From contig JAQGDQ010000818.1 in assembly GCA_030141605.1 (NCBI GenBank), positions 28,284 to 92,283 of the forward strand: a stretch of DNA of 64,000 bases. Direction: 5' to 3'. The stretch's first letter is position 1; each line of letters opens with the position of its first letter. The stretch is from Tubiluchus corallicola (taxonomy: Eukaryota > Animalia > Priapulida). The notes under the pieces are model-generated. The model had not been told where the DNA came from, ran no database searches, and saw only the letters and a program-made list of their open reading frames with translations. Shown in pieces: positions 51,087 to 63,469 of the stretch. Position numbers and translations under genes: made by a program.

Positions 51087-51720
51087 AAAGTTTTGCGTAA
51101 AAAGAATGGGATTAATGCATCTCATACCTGACAGATTAGAAACTGTGTGTTTAGAGCAGTTGTTGATGTAGCTGCATTATGCCGTTATCCATTATTTTAT
51201 TTGCTTTCAAGACACTATGCGGAATGTTCCTGCATTCTTGATAAATGTAAAAGTTTTGCGTAAAAAGAATGGGATTGATGCATCTCATACCCGACAGATT
51301 AGAAAATGTGTCTTTAGAGCAGTTGTTGATGTAGCTGCATTATGCCGTTATCCATTATTTTATTTGCTTTCAAGACACTATGCGGAATGTTCCTGCATTC
51401 TTGATAAATGTAAAAGTTTTGCGTAAAAAGAACGGGATTGATGCATCTCATACCCGACAGATTAGAAAATGTGTCTTTAGAGCAGTTGTTGATGTAGCTG
51501 CATTATGCCGTTATCCATTATTTTATTTGCTTTCAAGACACTATGCGGAATGTTCCTGCATTCTTGATAACTTGTGGCCAAATCTAATGATATTTCAGTG
51601 TCATGATATTTGAAAATGCAGATTTTACACTCAGTACTTTTGCAGGGTTCTGTTGTCCATTATTTTATTCACTTTCAAGACACTATGCGGAATGTTCCTG
51701 CATTCTTGATAACTTGTGGC
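51087..51720. repeat. 163-bp unit in triplicate plus partial copies
   Basis: ORFs at 51217 and 51380 share identical starts. Confidence 0.88.
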
Positions 51721-51824
51721 CGAATGAAAATTTTACACTCAGTACTTTTGCAGGGTTCTGTTAGTTATTGTATTAAATGTGGATAAAGTAAAATGCTTTC
51801 TAATCTCTTCTATTCTTCAAAGTA

Positions 51825-53155
51825 CAGATACTACTCACCCTACTTGTGAACATTCAATTTACGAACAGAAAGCAGCGCAAGTTAAAATCATGTTCGCAAC
51901 AGTTCCTCAAGCCCGAATTTTGAGTTGCATGCCTTTTGCGTCGTTTTTCCGCAACCCATGCCGGGCCGCACCACACGCCGCCTGAGACCAGCAACGTTTT
52001 TCCGCAACCCATGCCGGGCAGCACCACACGCCGCCCGAGAGCAGCAACGTTTTGCCGCAACCCATGCCGGGCAGCACCACACGTCGCCTGAGAGCAGCAA
52101 CGTTTTTCCGCAACCCATGCCGGGCAGCACCACACGCCGCCCGAGACCAGCAGCGTTTTGCCGCAACCCATGCCGGGCAGCACCACACGCCGCCCGAGAG
52201 CAGCAACGTTTTGCCACAACCCATGCCGGGCCGCACCACACGCCGCCCGAGACCAGCAACGTTTTGCCACAACCCATGCCACGCAGCACCACACGCCGCC
52301 TGAGAGCAGCAACGTTTTTCCGCAACCCATGCCGGGCAGCACCACACGCCGCCTGAGAGAAGCAATTTGGTAACGAGCTTTTAGTGGTAACACGTTGTTT
52401 TAGTTAGTCCATTAGAAAATTAATCCATCGATCATCGCTGACGGCAAGCGTAAAGCAGTCTCCATGGAAACGAAGATTGCCATAATTAAGAAATTAGATT
52501 ATAGAAGAAAGAAGGCAAACTTTGCATGAATCGGTGTTTTGCGTTTTCGCAAAATAACGACTTATGATCAATTCATTGTACGAACAGTCTTCCAGAACGT
52601 AACTTGTTCGTAAGTTCAATTCATTATACGAACAGCCTTCTGGAATGTAACTTGTTCGTAAGTTCAATTCATTATATGAACAGCCTCCCGGAATGTAACT
52701 TGTTCGTAAGTTGTTCGTAAGTTCAATTCATTATACGAACAGCCTTCCGGAATGTAACTTGTTTGTAAGTTCAATTCATTATACGAACAGCCTTCCAGAA
52801 CGTAACTTGTTTGTAAGTTCAATTCATTATACAAATAGCCTTCCGGAATGTAACTTGTTCGTAAGTTCAATTCATTATATGAACAGCCTTCTGGAATGTA
52901 ACTTGTTTGGAAGTTCAATTCATTATACGAACAGCCTTCTGGAATGTATCTTGTTTGTAAGTTCAATTCATTATGCGAACAGCCTTCCGGAACGTAACTT
53001 GTTCGTAAGTTCAATTCATTATACGAACAGCCTTCCAGAACGTAACTTGTTCGTAAGTTGTTCGTAAATTTAATGAGCTAAAATTATTATAGCGAATAAT
53101 AATTTTAACTCATTAGACTTTTGCTTCGTAAGCCATTTTTGCAGAATATTCATGT
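51825..53155 (+). mobile_element. Tigger-like element with internal 53-bp (51942-52360) and 48-bp (52570-53066) tandem arrays
   Basis: 52443-52499 encodes GKRKAVSMETKIAIIKKLD (CENP-B/Tigger HTH start); the TTCAATT..TACGAACAG motif recurs at both ends. Right boundary uncertain. Confidence 0.65.
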
Positions 53156-53310
53156 ACATAGCACAGCATGCAACACAGTAGCACAGCATGCAACACAGTA
53201 GCACAGCATGCAACACAGTACATAAAACTTCCAAGACTGCTAGTATATTTCCGCTTCAGTTTTTTTGTTCGCTAAATTGTAATTAGAAGATTATCAATCT
53301 GTTGTTCTAG

Positions 53311-53676
53311 GGAAGACGACATATATCTAGAGACAGAGAAAGCCCTATAAAAGAAATCTGGACTCGCCCTAGAAGAGACAAGGGTTTTGGTGGGCCATGT
53401 GAGAGACCCTATGATTCCGACACTTCTCCTGAAAGGCCACGCAGCACTTCGCCCGACAGGGCTTCCAGAAGAGCGGAGAAACCCGAATTCAAGGAGTTTC
53501 CCGGAAAAGCCATTGAGTCATATCCGGGCGACGAACCTGGAGAAGCTGTTTTGCCCAGCAGTTACTGCCACTCGCCCGGGGGGAGCCGTAGACGGAAGCA
53601 TCCAATAGGGGAACCCCATGCAGTATTGGATATGGTAGCTCAAATTGAAGAAGTAGGTCCATTTTGTTATCCACAG
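53311..53676 (+). CDS. Downstream coding exon 12
   Basis: GRRHISRDRESPIKE...EEVGPFCYPQ; 122 open codons, phase 0 to 0; frame absent from the ORF track. Confidence 0.78.
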
Positions 53677-54158
53677 GTACCTCTTTACTGATGGGGAAGT
53701 AGTCAGGATAGGGAGTTAAGACATTTTTACCTGATAGACTTTTGAGGTACTCGATATATATATTGCAAACCTTCCAAAAATATGCATTTCAAATTTTTCT
53801 AACAATAAGTCTTTTCACAGTTCCAGCGATTGATGATGATCGTGAAAAGGTCAAAGTTTAAGTGTACCAAACGGCGCATTCGCGCACACTTGACAACACC
53901 TCGCAGCCAATGCTGTTGTAAGAGTAACAGTTTTAATACGTTTTACTAGCTAGCTAGAACCCTATCTAGTTCATTTTTTCTTGTTTCCAAGAAAGATCCT
54001 GCTAGTAAAGCACTCTACACACAGACTAATGCAGTAATGTAATGTCCACCAAAAGCAACTGACGTTACTGAACTGATGCCACAGACAGCTTAGCTTTACC
54101 CACACGTCTCTTGCACAACGAACCTGTGAAAATGACTCGTTATACTAACATAACATAG

Positions 54159-56305
54159 CTCTTCGTCTAACTGATGTAAGACACCTGGCACACACCACAG
54201 GTGAATTCTTCATCTGGTCAATGTAAAACACCTGGCACACACCACAGGTGAATTCTTCGTCTCACCGATGTAAGACACCTGGCACATACCACAGGTGAAT
54301 TCTTCGTCTGGTCAATGTAAGACACCTGACACACACCACAGGTGAACTCTTCGTCTAACTGATGTAAAACACCTGGCACACACCACAGGTGAATTCTTCG
54401 TCTGGTCGATGTAAGACACCTGGCACACACCACAGGTCAACTCTTCGTCTGATCAATGTAAGACACCTGGCACACACCACAGGTGAATTCTTCGCCTGAC
54501 TAATGTAAGACACCTGGCACATACCACAGGTGAATTCTTCGTCTAACTGATGTAAGACACCTGGCACACACCACAGGTGAACTCTTCATCTGACCGATGT
54601 AAGACACCTGGCACACACCACAGGTCAACTCTTCGTCTGATCAATGTAAAACACCTGGCACACACCACAGGTGAATTCTTCGTCTAACTAATGTAAGACA
54701 CCTGGCACACACCACAGGTGAACTCTTCATCTGATTGATGTAAGACACCTGGCACACACCACAGGTGAACTCTTCATCTGATTGATGTAAGACACCTGGC
54801 ACACACCACAGGTGAACTCTTCATGTAACCGATGTAAGACGCCTGGCACACACCACAGGTAACCTCTTCGTCTAATCAATGTAAGACACCTGGCACACAC
54901 CACAGGTGAACTCGTCGTCTAACCGATATAAGACACCTGGCACACACCACAGGTGAACTCTTCATCTGGTTGATGTAAGACACCTGGCACACACCACAGG
55001 TGAACTCTTCGTCTGATCAATGTAAGACACCTGGCACACACCACAGGTGAACTCGTCGTCTAACCGATATAAGACACCTGGCACACACCACAGGTGAACT
55101 CTTCATCTGATTGATGTAAGACACCTGGCACACACCACAGGTGAACTCTTCATCTGATTGATGTAAGACACCTGGCACACACCACAGGTGAACTCTTCAT
55201 CTGATTGATGTAAGACACCTGGCACACACCTCAGGTGAACTCTTCGTCTGATCAATGTAAGACACCTGGCACACACCACAGGTGAATTCTTTGCCTGACT
55301 GATGTAAGACACCTGGCACACACCACAGGTGAACTCTTCGTCTGATCAATGTAAGACACCTGGCACACACCACAGGTGAATTCTTTGTCTGACCAATGTA
55401 AGACACCTGGCACACACCACAGGTGAACTCTTCATGTAACCGATGTAAAACACCTATCACACACCACAGGTAACCGCTTCGTCTGACCGATGTAAGACAC
55501 CTGGCATACACCACAGGTGAACTCTTCATGTAACTGATGTAAAATGCCTGGCGCACACCACAGGTGAACTCGTCGTCTAACCGATGTAAAACACCTGGCA
55601 CACACCACAGGTGAATTCTTCGTCTCACCGATGTAAGACACCTGGCACATACCACAGGTGAATTCTTCGTCTGACCGATGTAAGACACCTGGCATACACC
55701 ACAGGTGAACTCTTCATGTAACTGATGTAAAATGCCTGGCGCACACCACAGGTGAACTCTTCGTCTGACCGATGTAAGACACCTGGCACACACCACAGGT
55801 GAACTCTTCGTCTGATCAATGTAAGACACCTGGCACACACCACAGGTGAATTCTTTGTCTGACCAATGTAAGACACCTGGCACACACCACAGGTGAACTC
55901 TTCGTCTGATTGATGTAAGACACCTGACACACACCACAGGTGAACTCTTCATCTGACCGATGTAAGACACCTGGCACACACCACAGGTGAACTCTTCGTC
56001 TGACCGATGTAAGACACCTGGCACACACCACAGGTGAACTCTTCGTCTGACCGATGTAAGACACCTGGCACACACCACAGGCAAAGTCTTCGTCTGACCG
56101 ATGTAAGACACCTGGCACACACCACAGGTGAACTCTTCGTCTGACCGATGTAAGACACCTGGCACACACCACAGGTGAACTCTTCGTCTGACCGATGTAA
56201 AACACCTGGCACACACCACAGGTGAACTCTTCGTCTGACCGATGTAAGACACCTGGCACACACCACAGGCGAAGTCTTCGTCTGACTGATGTAAGACACC
56301 TGGCA
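54159..56305. repeat. 47-bp minisatellite, about 45 units, each with a CACCTG-N10-CAGGTG palindrome
   Basis: Unit CTTCGTCTGACCGATGTAAGACACCTGGCACACACCACAGGTGAACT. Confidence 0.97.
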
Positions 56306-56498
56306 GTCACCATTGACCAGGCATTATTGTTGTTATGTTATTATTAAGCTTCGTGTTTTTCTGAATAAAATACGTCATTTAGACAGTGGCAGGCAATATA
56401 GAAAAAAACCTGTGTTTTCAAAGAACCTTGATTTGTCAAATGATGTCCAGGACCTATTTTGCACATGCAATTTTCAGTGACGTTGATTTGATTTTCAG

Positions 56499-56607
56499 AC
56501 TTTTCCACCTGGCGGGCTTCCAATCGAGATAAGACCCTCACCAGTCGAAGCAGATGCTAAAGGAGAAACCAAGGCTCCTAAAGAAGAGGCTCCACGGGAG
56601 GTCACAG
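56499..56607 (+). CDS. Downstream coding exon 13
   Basis: TFPPGGLPIEIRPSP...EEAPREVT; phase 0 to 1; donor CAG|GTTAGT. Confidence 0.78.
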
Positions 56608-56782
56608 GTTAGTAGTGTGTGTATTCAAAGCCTTCATTCTGGTTAAATTGAATGCTGTTTGATGTGACGTGAATTACATGTTGTGTGTTGTGTTTACACG
56701 CCTCTTGTCGTCTGCTTCGTGTAAACCGTTATTTTAAAAGTAGAAATGATTCTGTGGATACGTCCAAACCAATATTACAATA

Positions 56783-57787
56783 CACTGTTCCCTCACTTAT
56801 CCGTTCCAGGCCCACCCGCGATAAGTGAATTTCCACAGAGTAGGGACGCTATACTTCAGGGATGAGAATTTTCGCGCAATTCCGAGTTTTTCGAAGATCA
56901 GTAGTGCCATTTTTGTAAATCGCATAAATTCGTAGAGAAAATTTTTACGGACCCAGTACATTATTTCACAAGCTGATTGCTAGTTGGCAGGTCGTCACTT
57001 TGTTTACATCACGTACATCAGTGTAACCACGTGTATATCTCTATGTATAAAAATATAGAATCAATTATGCGGAGTTATTTGAGTCAATTGCAGACAGTTT
57101 TTATATACTTTTGCATAGGAGCGGCCAGTACTTAGGCGTTTTTGAGACAATTAGGTATCATGTTTCCTTGATAGTTGGGTATTTTAAATTATGCATGAAA
57201 CAAGGTATTTGATATTCAAAGTCCACTTAGAGGCTCTCTACGGTCACAAAATTACAATTTGTTGCTGGCTCCAAGGGGGCTCCCTTGAACCCCATTGGGG
57301 GCTTAGGTGGCCCCAAAATCCCCGGCCTGTTTCAGAGTTTTTTGCAATTTGTCATTCTCATCCCTGTATACTTATTGTGCACGTTATAACACTTATAACA
57401 AATTGCACGGTACCAATCGTGTGTTGTGTACAATCTGACGTCGGCAAGTAGCATCTCAAGCGGCCGCAAGTACTACATTTCATTTTTGGTGTGTATTCAT
57501 CTGCCGAATAAATACACTATTTACTGTAAATGATAATTTTTTATGATTTATAATATTCTTTTAATGTTAGAATTAATATTTCTAATATATTTTTATACAT
57601 TTTGTGTTTTTTATGCAAAATTCATCAAATCTATACATTACTGTACAATACGTACAACGCATGTGCAAATATACTTTAGACGGAGTACCGCAAAAACCCG
57701 CGAAACAGCAAAAATACCGAGATAAATATTTCACATTAATATTTTTGAAAACCCGCGAAACAGCGAGTCCGCGATAAACGAACACTG
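56783..57787. mobile_element. Tigger-like MITE hosting a nested family C copy
   Basis: TA-bounded, with CCCGCGA(T/A)AA subterminal motifs at both ends. Confidence 0.5.
56857..57366 (+). mobile_element. MITE family C (nested)
   Basis: TIR CAGGGATGAGAAT/ATTCTCATCCCTG; 7-bp flanking duplication TATACTT. Confidence 0.88.
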
Positions 57788-58419
57788 TATCTCTCAACTT
57801 TGCAGAATGTTTCTGCATGGATTTTCATACGGTACATCTGATTCGTAAGCATGCAACTGGAAACGAACATATACCTCGATCTTAATAGCATTTTACGTGA
57901 AGCAAGTTGCACTATAAGCATTCTGTGGAGTTTAGGAACTAGTTTTGTCCTATTAACAACAATATGCAACTTTGTTTCAAAATATCGACTGTTTTATTTA
58001 AAGACAAGAAAACGCCCTTGTTAAATAAAGCTCAGAAAATTGGTTTTGATATTTTGTATCACTTACGTCCTGTGGTATTGCTCACAGAACTTGTATTTGC
58101 ACCAATGCTGGATAAAACTTGTAAATATAAACTGCCCCATTTTAACTCCCCCTTTGAAACAAGTTTAGATAAAAGCTTCAAACTTGCATTTTGCTTAAAG
58201 CTTCAAAAAATAATCAGAGCATTTGTAGCACGCATATTACTAAGTAAAAGTATAGATTACTTTATGTTGTCAACAAGATTATAAATGTGTTTCTCGTGAA
58301 TCAGTGGTGCATGTTGGGATAGTGAAACAGTGGTGTTTACCAATTGGTGCAAACATATTAAATAATTACGAATTTTCTTTTTCAATTATATGTATATTTA
58401 TATTATGTATATATATCAT

Positions 58420-58790
58420 AATATAATATTATATTATATTGTATTGTATTGTACTGTACTATACTATACTATACTATACTATACTATACTATACTATACT
58501 ATACTATACTATACTATACTATACTGTACTATACTATACTATACTATACTATACTATACTATACTATACTATACTATACTATACTATACTATACTATACT
58601 GTATTATACTATACTATATTATATTATTTTATACTATATTATATGGCATTACATTACATTACATTGCATTATATAATATAATATGTTATGCTATGTTACG
58701 TTACGCTATGCTACGCTACATTACGTTACGTTACGTTACGTCACATTACATTACATTATATTATATTAAACATATATATATATATATATA
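58420..58790. repeat. Compound pentamer microsatellite (TATAC)n grading to (TTACA)n/(TTACG)n
   Basis: Direct reading. Confidence 0.93.
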
Positions 58791-58970
58791 AGTTTTTCAA
58801 ACAGGTGAACTTAATGTTAAATAATATGAGTTGGCAATGTAAGTTTTTTGGGATACACTTTAAAATTCCCTTTTTTCCCCTTTAAGCTGTAACAGGAAAA
58901 TGTAAATTTCTCTATTTTGAAATGTCTCATTAAAACTTGATGTTTAGAGCTTATGATTATTTATTTTAAG

Positions 58971-59433
58971 GAGATGCAGAAGAGAAGGAAGTTCCTCCTC
59001 AAACCGTTACAACAAGTTACTCTCCTGCAACCGACGAAGGCTATGTCACTGCAGCTAGACCAAGAGAGGTCACCACCACCACCGGCAGGGTCACGCCCAC
59101 AACCGCTCCGTTGTGGACTGACGAAAGTCCGATGTACGTGACAACCTACAAGCAAGAGGTGCCAGAATCTCCCGTCAGTCAAGCGGGGAAAGTGTACGAT
59201 GCGACTGCTGCGGCGGGCACGCCGGTGCATCCGCCATACACTCATGATGTTGCTGATGCGGTCGCAACGAGTACGCTAGTGCATCCAGAACACGCACAAA
59301 AACCCATTGGTCAAGTCCAGGTCCAGTTGCCTGCCGATCAGCTTTATCAGATGGGAAAGAAACGTGCACACTCGCCAAAACGCAAGATCTTAAAGGGTCG
59401 TCTGTCACCCCGAGGCTCCTTGCAAGGCAGCAA
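58971..59433 (+). CDS. Downstream coding exon 14 (Thr/Pro-rich)
   Basis: (G)DAEEKEVPPQ...GRLSPRGSLQGS; phase 1 to 2; donor AA|GTGAGT. The TGA in the ORF track lies inside the donor. Confidence 0.82.
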
Positions 59434-59669
59434 GTGAGTACTTCATCATTATAATAATCGTTATCTCGTGTTTGTCACGAGCACGACAGTTTCGTTTTAT
59501 CATTTTACTAGCTAATTTCACACGTCATTCGAGCTAAAACAGAGCAAGTGTGCACGACATGCGCTAAATACAAGTCCAACCGTCTTTTAGATGTAATTTA
59601 TGATTTTTTATTGTCCAAAATGGGCAGTCATCGTCTCATCCCAAAATCACTATCACATCATGGCATATT

Positions 59670-59788
59670 TGACTGACTGACCGAATGACTGACTGACTGA
59701 CTGACTGACTGACTGACTGACTGACTGACTGACTGACTGACTGACTGACTCACTCACTCACTGACTCGCTGACTGATGACTCACTGAC
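59670..59788. repeat. (GACT)n microsatellite
   Basis: Direct reading. Confidence 0.92.
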
Positions 59789-60767
59789 ATATTATGAGCG
59801 ACTCGACTTCATTTTATCTGAAGCAAATAAAAACGTTTTCTGCTAATCCAATGTTAAAAGGATAATTAACTGCTATAATGAAAATGTATAATAATATTAT
59901 GAACTATGAAGAAATGAAACTTACATCTTTGCCGCAACTTACTAACTTTCTAAAGAGAACTCGACTGACAAAATTTTGTGATAAAACGACACGACGTGCT
60001 GAACAAGAATGACTTCTTTCCTATCCTGTCTGCAAAATGAGGCCAATGGCCTATTTCCTGTCCTAGCTCACCTGTCTATCAACAGCCTAAATTTGCAAAA
60101 AACAAACACAAGGAGGCACCACGTGCTTATATCCAAAACAGCAAGCTAAGCTACGAAAGGGAGCTGTTCAACTTGCGTTGTTCAACTAACCTCAGGCAAA
60201 CTGGTGATTTGACTGCTGTCTAGTTTTCCAGTTTTTGTAAACGGTTTTCTCTGCATTCTGATCACAGTTAATTCAATTCAGTTTATTTATTAACTCTGCA
60301 AGAATTATCAAAATACAGTATCAGGAATATGTTTGAAGCGAAGGAGAAGGGCTGCAAAGAACCCGCAGGTTATCTAGCTAAACTATCGTATTTCTGTTGC
60401 CGAAATGATGTAACAATATTATTACAATAATCTCGCTTTTCTGATTTTGACACTAGTCTGATAAGTATTTACAAGTAAACATGAGGCCGGCCACAAAAAA
60501 TGTGTTTTGCTCTTACCACACGGGCTCAAAAAATTATAGTAAAGAAAGGAAAAATTCTTTGAAGCTTTGCGAATGTTTAAAGCAGAATCGTGGAATATTT
60601 GAAATCAAAGTTTGCCTGTCTCCCACTGGATGGCAGTAAATGTCCTAAATTTTTTCAATATACGTTTTTTCACACTGTTTTTTAGTTCCTGGTTTCTACT
60701 TACTAAATTATCGTATAACTACCGATTATTGTATAATTTCTTTTGTCTACGGTATGAAGCATTAAGT

Positions 60768-61249
60768 CAGGGGTGTGCAAATTGCGGCCCTCCGAGAGAA
60801 TCTGCACGGCCCGCGAAGAGATTTGTCAACCTAATGAAAGTGCGGCCCGGGCGATTAATTGAGTGTATCCAGCTGAAGTCCGTGCCACGATCCCAAAGAT
60901 AGTGCGGGTAGTTTTTTCTACTAGATCGGATGCCATTAACCCTTACAAGACGGTTGTAGCTTAATAACACTGTACTACACAGACTGTGCGATACACATTA
61001 CTAATATACATTGTAATGAAATTACCACTATCTGTCCTGAAAGTAGAAATATATGGTTTGTAATATAAATTTTAATAACTTCTAAAATACTTTCTTGAGT
61101 GTAGTAGTAATGATGTACGCAGGTCGGATGCAAAAAAATCGTTATTAGTCCTTTCTGTACTTTGCTCCTTGATCAAACTGCCTGTGGCCCGCCGGAATTG
61201 CGGGAAAGTTTAATGTGGCCCGGCTAGTCAGATAATTTGCACACCCCTG
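60768..61249 (+). mobile_element. hAT-like MITE family A, intact
   Basis: Perfect 16-bp TIRs and 8-bp TSD CATTAAGT. Confidence 0.94.
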
Positions 61250-61680
61250 CATTAAGTTATTCTGTTCCGACCACCGTGATATAAACAGCAACGCTGGTCG
61301 GCATGGATGCCCATCTGGGCTGTAAAATCCGGGGGTTAACTGTAAAGAAACATGGCTGCCCCTCACGGAAACGACAATGTTATAATAATTATTGCCTTTT
61401 ACTTTTTAAATTAAAAAACCGACTCCTACATGACTGCGCCCTTACAAGTATACGAACGTGGAAAAATTATTAAAAAATTACCCGGTGGCCTAGACGGAAA
61501 AAGAAGTGTTTTTATCGTCGCCCTCTAGTAAGTATTTGCAAGTAAACTTAGGCGCAGTTGAATACACTGTATCTATTTTGATTACAGTTTCGCTGCTTCT
61601 TGCTAGATAGACACTTACTGATTGCTGAGATTTTGCGTGTGTTGTAATTAATGTAGCAAATTCTGTTACTATTTATCTAG

Positions 61681-61770
61681 GTCTAAGTTGAAGTCGTGTT
61701 TTTCGCAAACGTACGGTGATTCTTCAAGCATAGATGGTGAAGAAACAACAGACATGCTTACAAGTACACG
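61681..61770 (+). CDS. Downstream coding exon 15
   Basis: (K)SKLKSCFSQTYGDSSSIDGEETTDMLTST; phase 2 to 2; donor CG|GTATGC. Confidence 0.7.
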
Positions 61771-61869
61771 GTATGCATATTGTAGAACTTTGTAATCTGT
61801 TTTCTATGGAATTAAATTTAAATTATTTAAATTACTTGGCTGCTACTTGTGCTACTGTTTTGCTTATGC

Positions 61870-62634
61870 CATGTTACCTGTGTTGCTATGTTACTTGTGT
61901 TGCTATGTTACTTGTGTTGCTATGTTACTTGTGTTGCTACGTTACTTGTGTTTCTATGTTACTTGTGTTTCTATGTTACTTGTGTTTCTATGTTACTTGT
62001 GTTGCTATGTTACCTGTGTTGCTATGTTACTTGTGTTGCTATGTTACTTGTGTTGCTACGTTACTTGTGTTGCTACGTTACCTGTGTTGCTATGTTACCT
62101 GTGTTGCTATGTTACCTGTGTTGCTACGTTACTTGTGTTGCTATGTTACTTGTGTTGCTATGTTACTTGTGTTGCTATGTTACTTGTGTTGCTATGTTAC
62201 CTGTGTTGCTATGTTACCTGTGTTGCTATGTTATTTGTGTTGCTATGTTACTTGTGTTGCTATGTTACTTGTGTTGCTACGTTACTTGTGTTGCTATGTT
62301 ACCTGTGTTGCTATGTTACTTGTGTTGCTACGTTACTTGTGTTGCTATGTTACTTGTGTTGCTACGTTACTTGTGTTGCTACGTTACCTGTGTTGCTATG
62401 TTACTTGTGTTGCTACGTTACTTGTGTTGCTACGTTACCTGTGTTGTTACGTTACCTGTGTTGCTACGTTACTTGTGTTGCTATGTTACCTGTGTTGCTA
62501 TGTGACCTGTGTTGCTACGATACTTGTGTTGCTATGTTACCTGTGTTGCTACGTTACCTGTGTTGCTACGTTACCTGTGTTGCTATGTTACCTGTGTTGC
62601 TATGTTACTTGTGTTGCTATGTTACTTGTGTTGC
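61870..62634. repeat. 17-bp minisatellite (GTTAC(T/C)TGTGTTGCTA(T/C)), about 45 units
   Basis: Direct reading. Confidence 0.96.
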
Positions 62635-62727
62635 AGCAGACATTCATTTAGTGTTGCATTAGATTCTCCAGCACTTTTGTTTAGTAATGTGCTACTTAAA
62701 ATTGCTTTTGAGTATAAGTTCTTACAA

Positions 62728-62930
62728 TAATAATAATCTTTACTTAAAGTCGGCTGTTTGGCTGAACAATTAACATAATCTTCAAAGAGCTTTTGGGCAG
62801 ACTGTAAATAACAAGCTACAACTACATAACAGGGACTATTATTACCCCACTTTTACCCTAAGTAGCCGCGCGTCAGGCAGGGCAACAGCAGGTACCATTA
62901 CTAAAGTCTTTGGTATTACCCGGCCGCTGC
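62728..62930 (-). mobile_element. 5'-truncated copy of the MetaSINE-like SINE
   Basis: Aligns with 44615-44812. Confidence 0.8.
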
Positions 62931-63469
62931 CGAACAATCTTAATTTGTACTTCGTTGATCGTTTTTCCTGTAACTCTGTTCAGCAGATGCTTCTCTTGGC
63001 TTTATAGCAAGCAGGCAATCGATAAAATAGTGTGCACGATCACACAAGTGTACACCAGACTAAGCTACTCGATAGGCTAAATAGGAGTGCCTGAAAAGAG
63101 CTTGTTTTTTTGTTAAATTTTATTCAACTAAATGACTTGTAAATGCTTAAACGAAATAGCATGATTGGATAGCTGTGATTTTCCTGAATAGAGCAGTACT
63201 TAATTTGTAATCATTTAGTTATGCCTGTGCTCATATAGTAGTAGAAAAGTCATAGGTCTTGTAAGACCTATTTTAAATGGTGAAGTCCTGATGGAGTTAA
63301 CCAGTATTAATCTGCGTTTTGTTATGAAAATAGGATGCACAACCTCATTTAAAAAAAACTACTAACGAAATAGAGTATTCTTAGTTACCAAATATTATTA
63401 TATTAATCCTTGACAACACAATGCTGATGCTACTGTTCACTGATCTGTTGATGTCATAACAACAGTCAT

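Noticed and set aside
54159-56305. Tandem hammerhead ribozymes (CTGATG...GAA around a hairpin)
   Set aside because: The core reads CTGATGT/CCGATGT and GAAC/GAAT instead of CTGATGA and GAAA, and no stems I/III are evident.
55197-56313. Cys-rich zinc-finger-like ORFs (CGVCQV)
   Set aside because: Arise from a 47-bp unit cycling through all frames; no proper His spacing.
61734-62730. Hydrophobic Cys-rich ORFs
   Set aside because: Translations of the 17-bp minisatellite.
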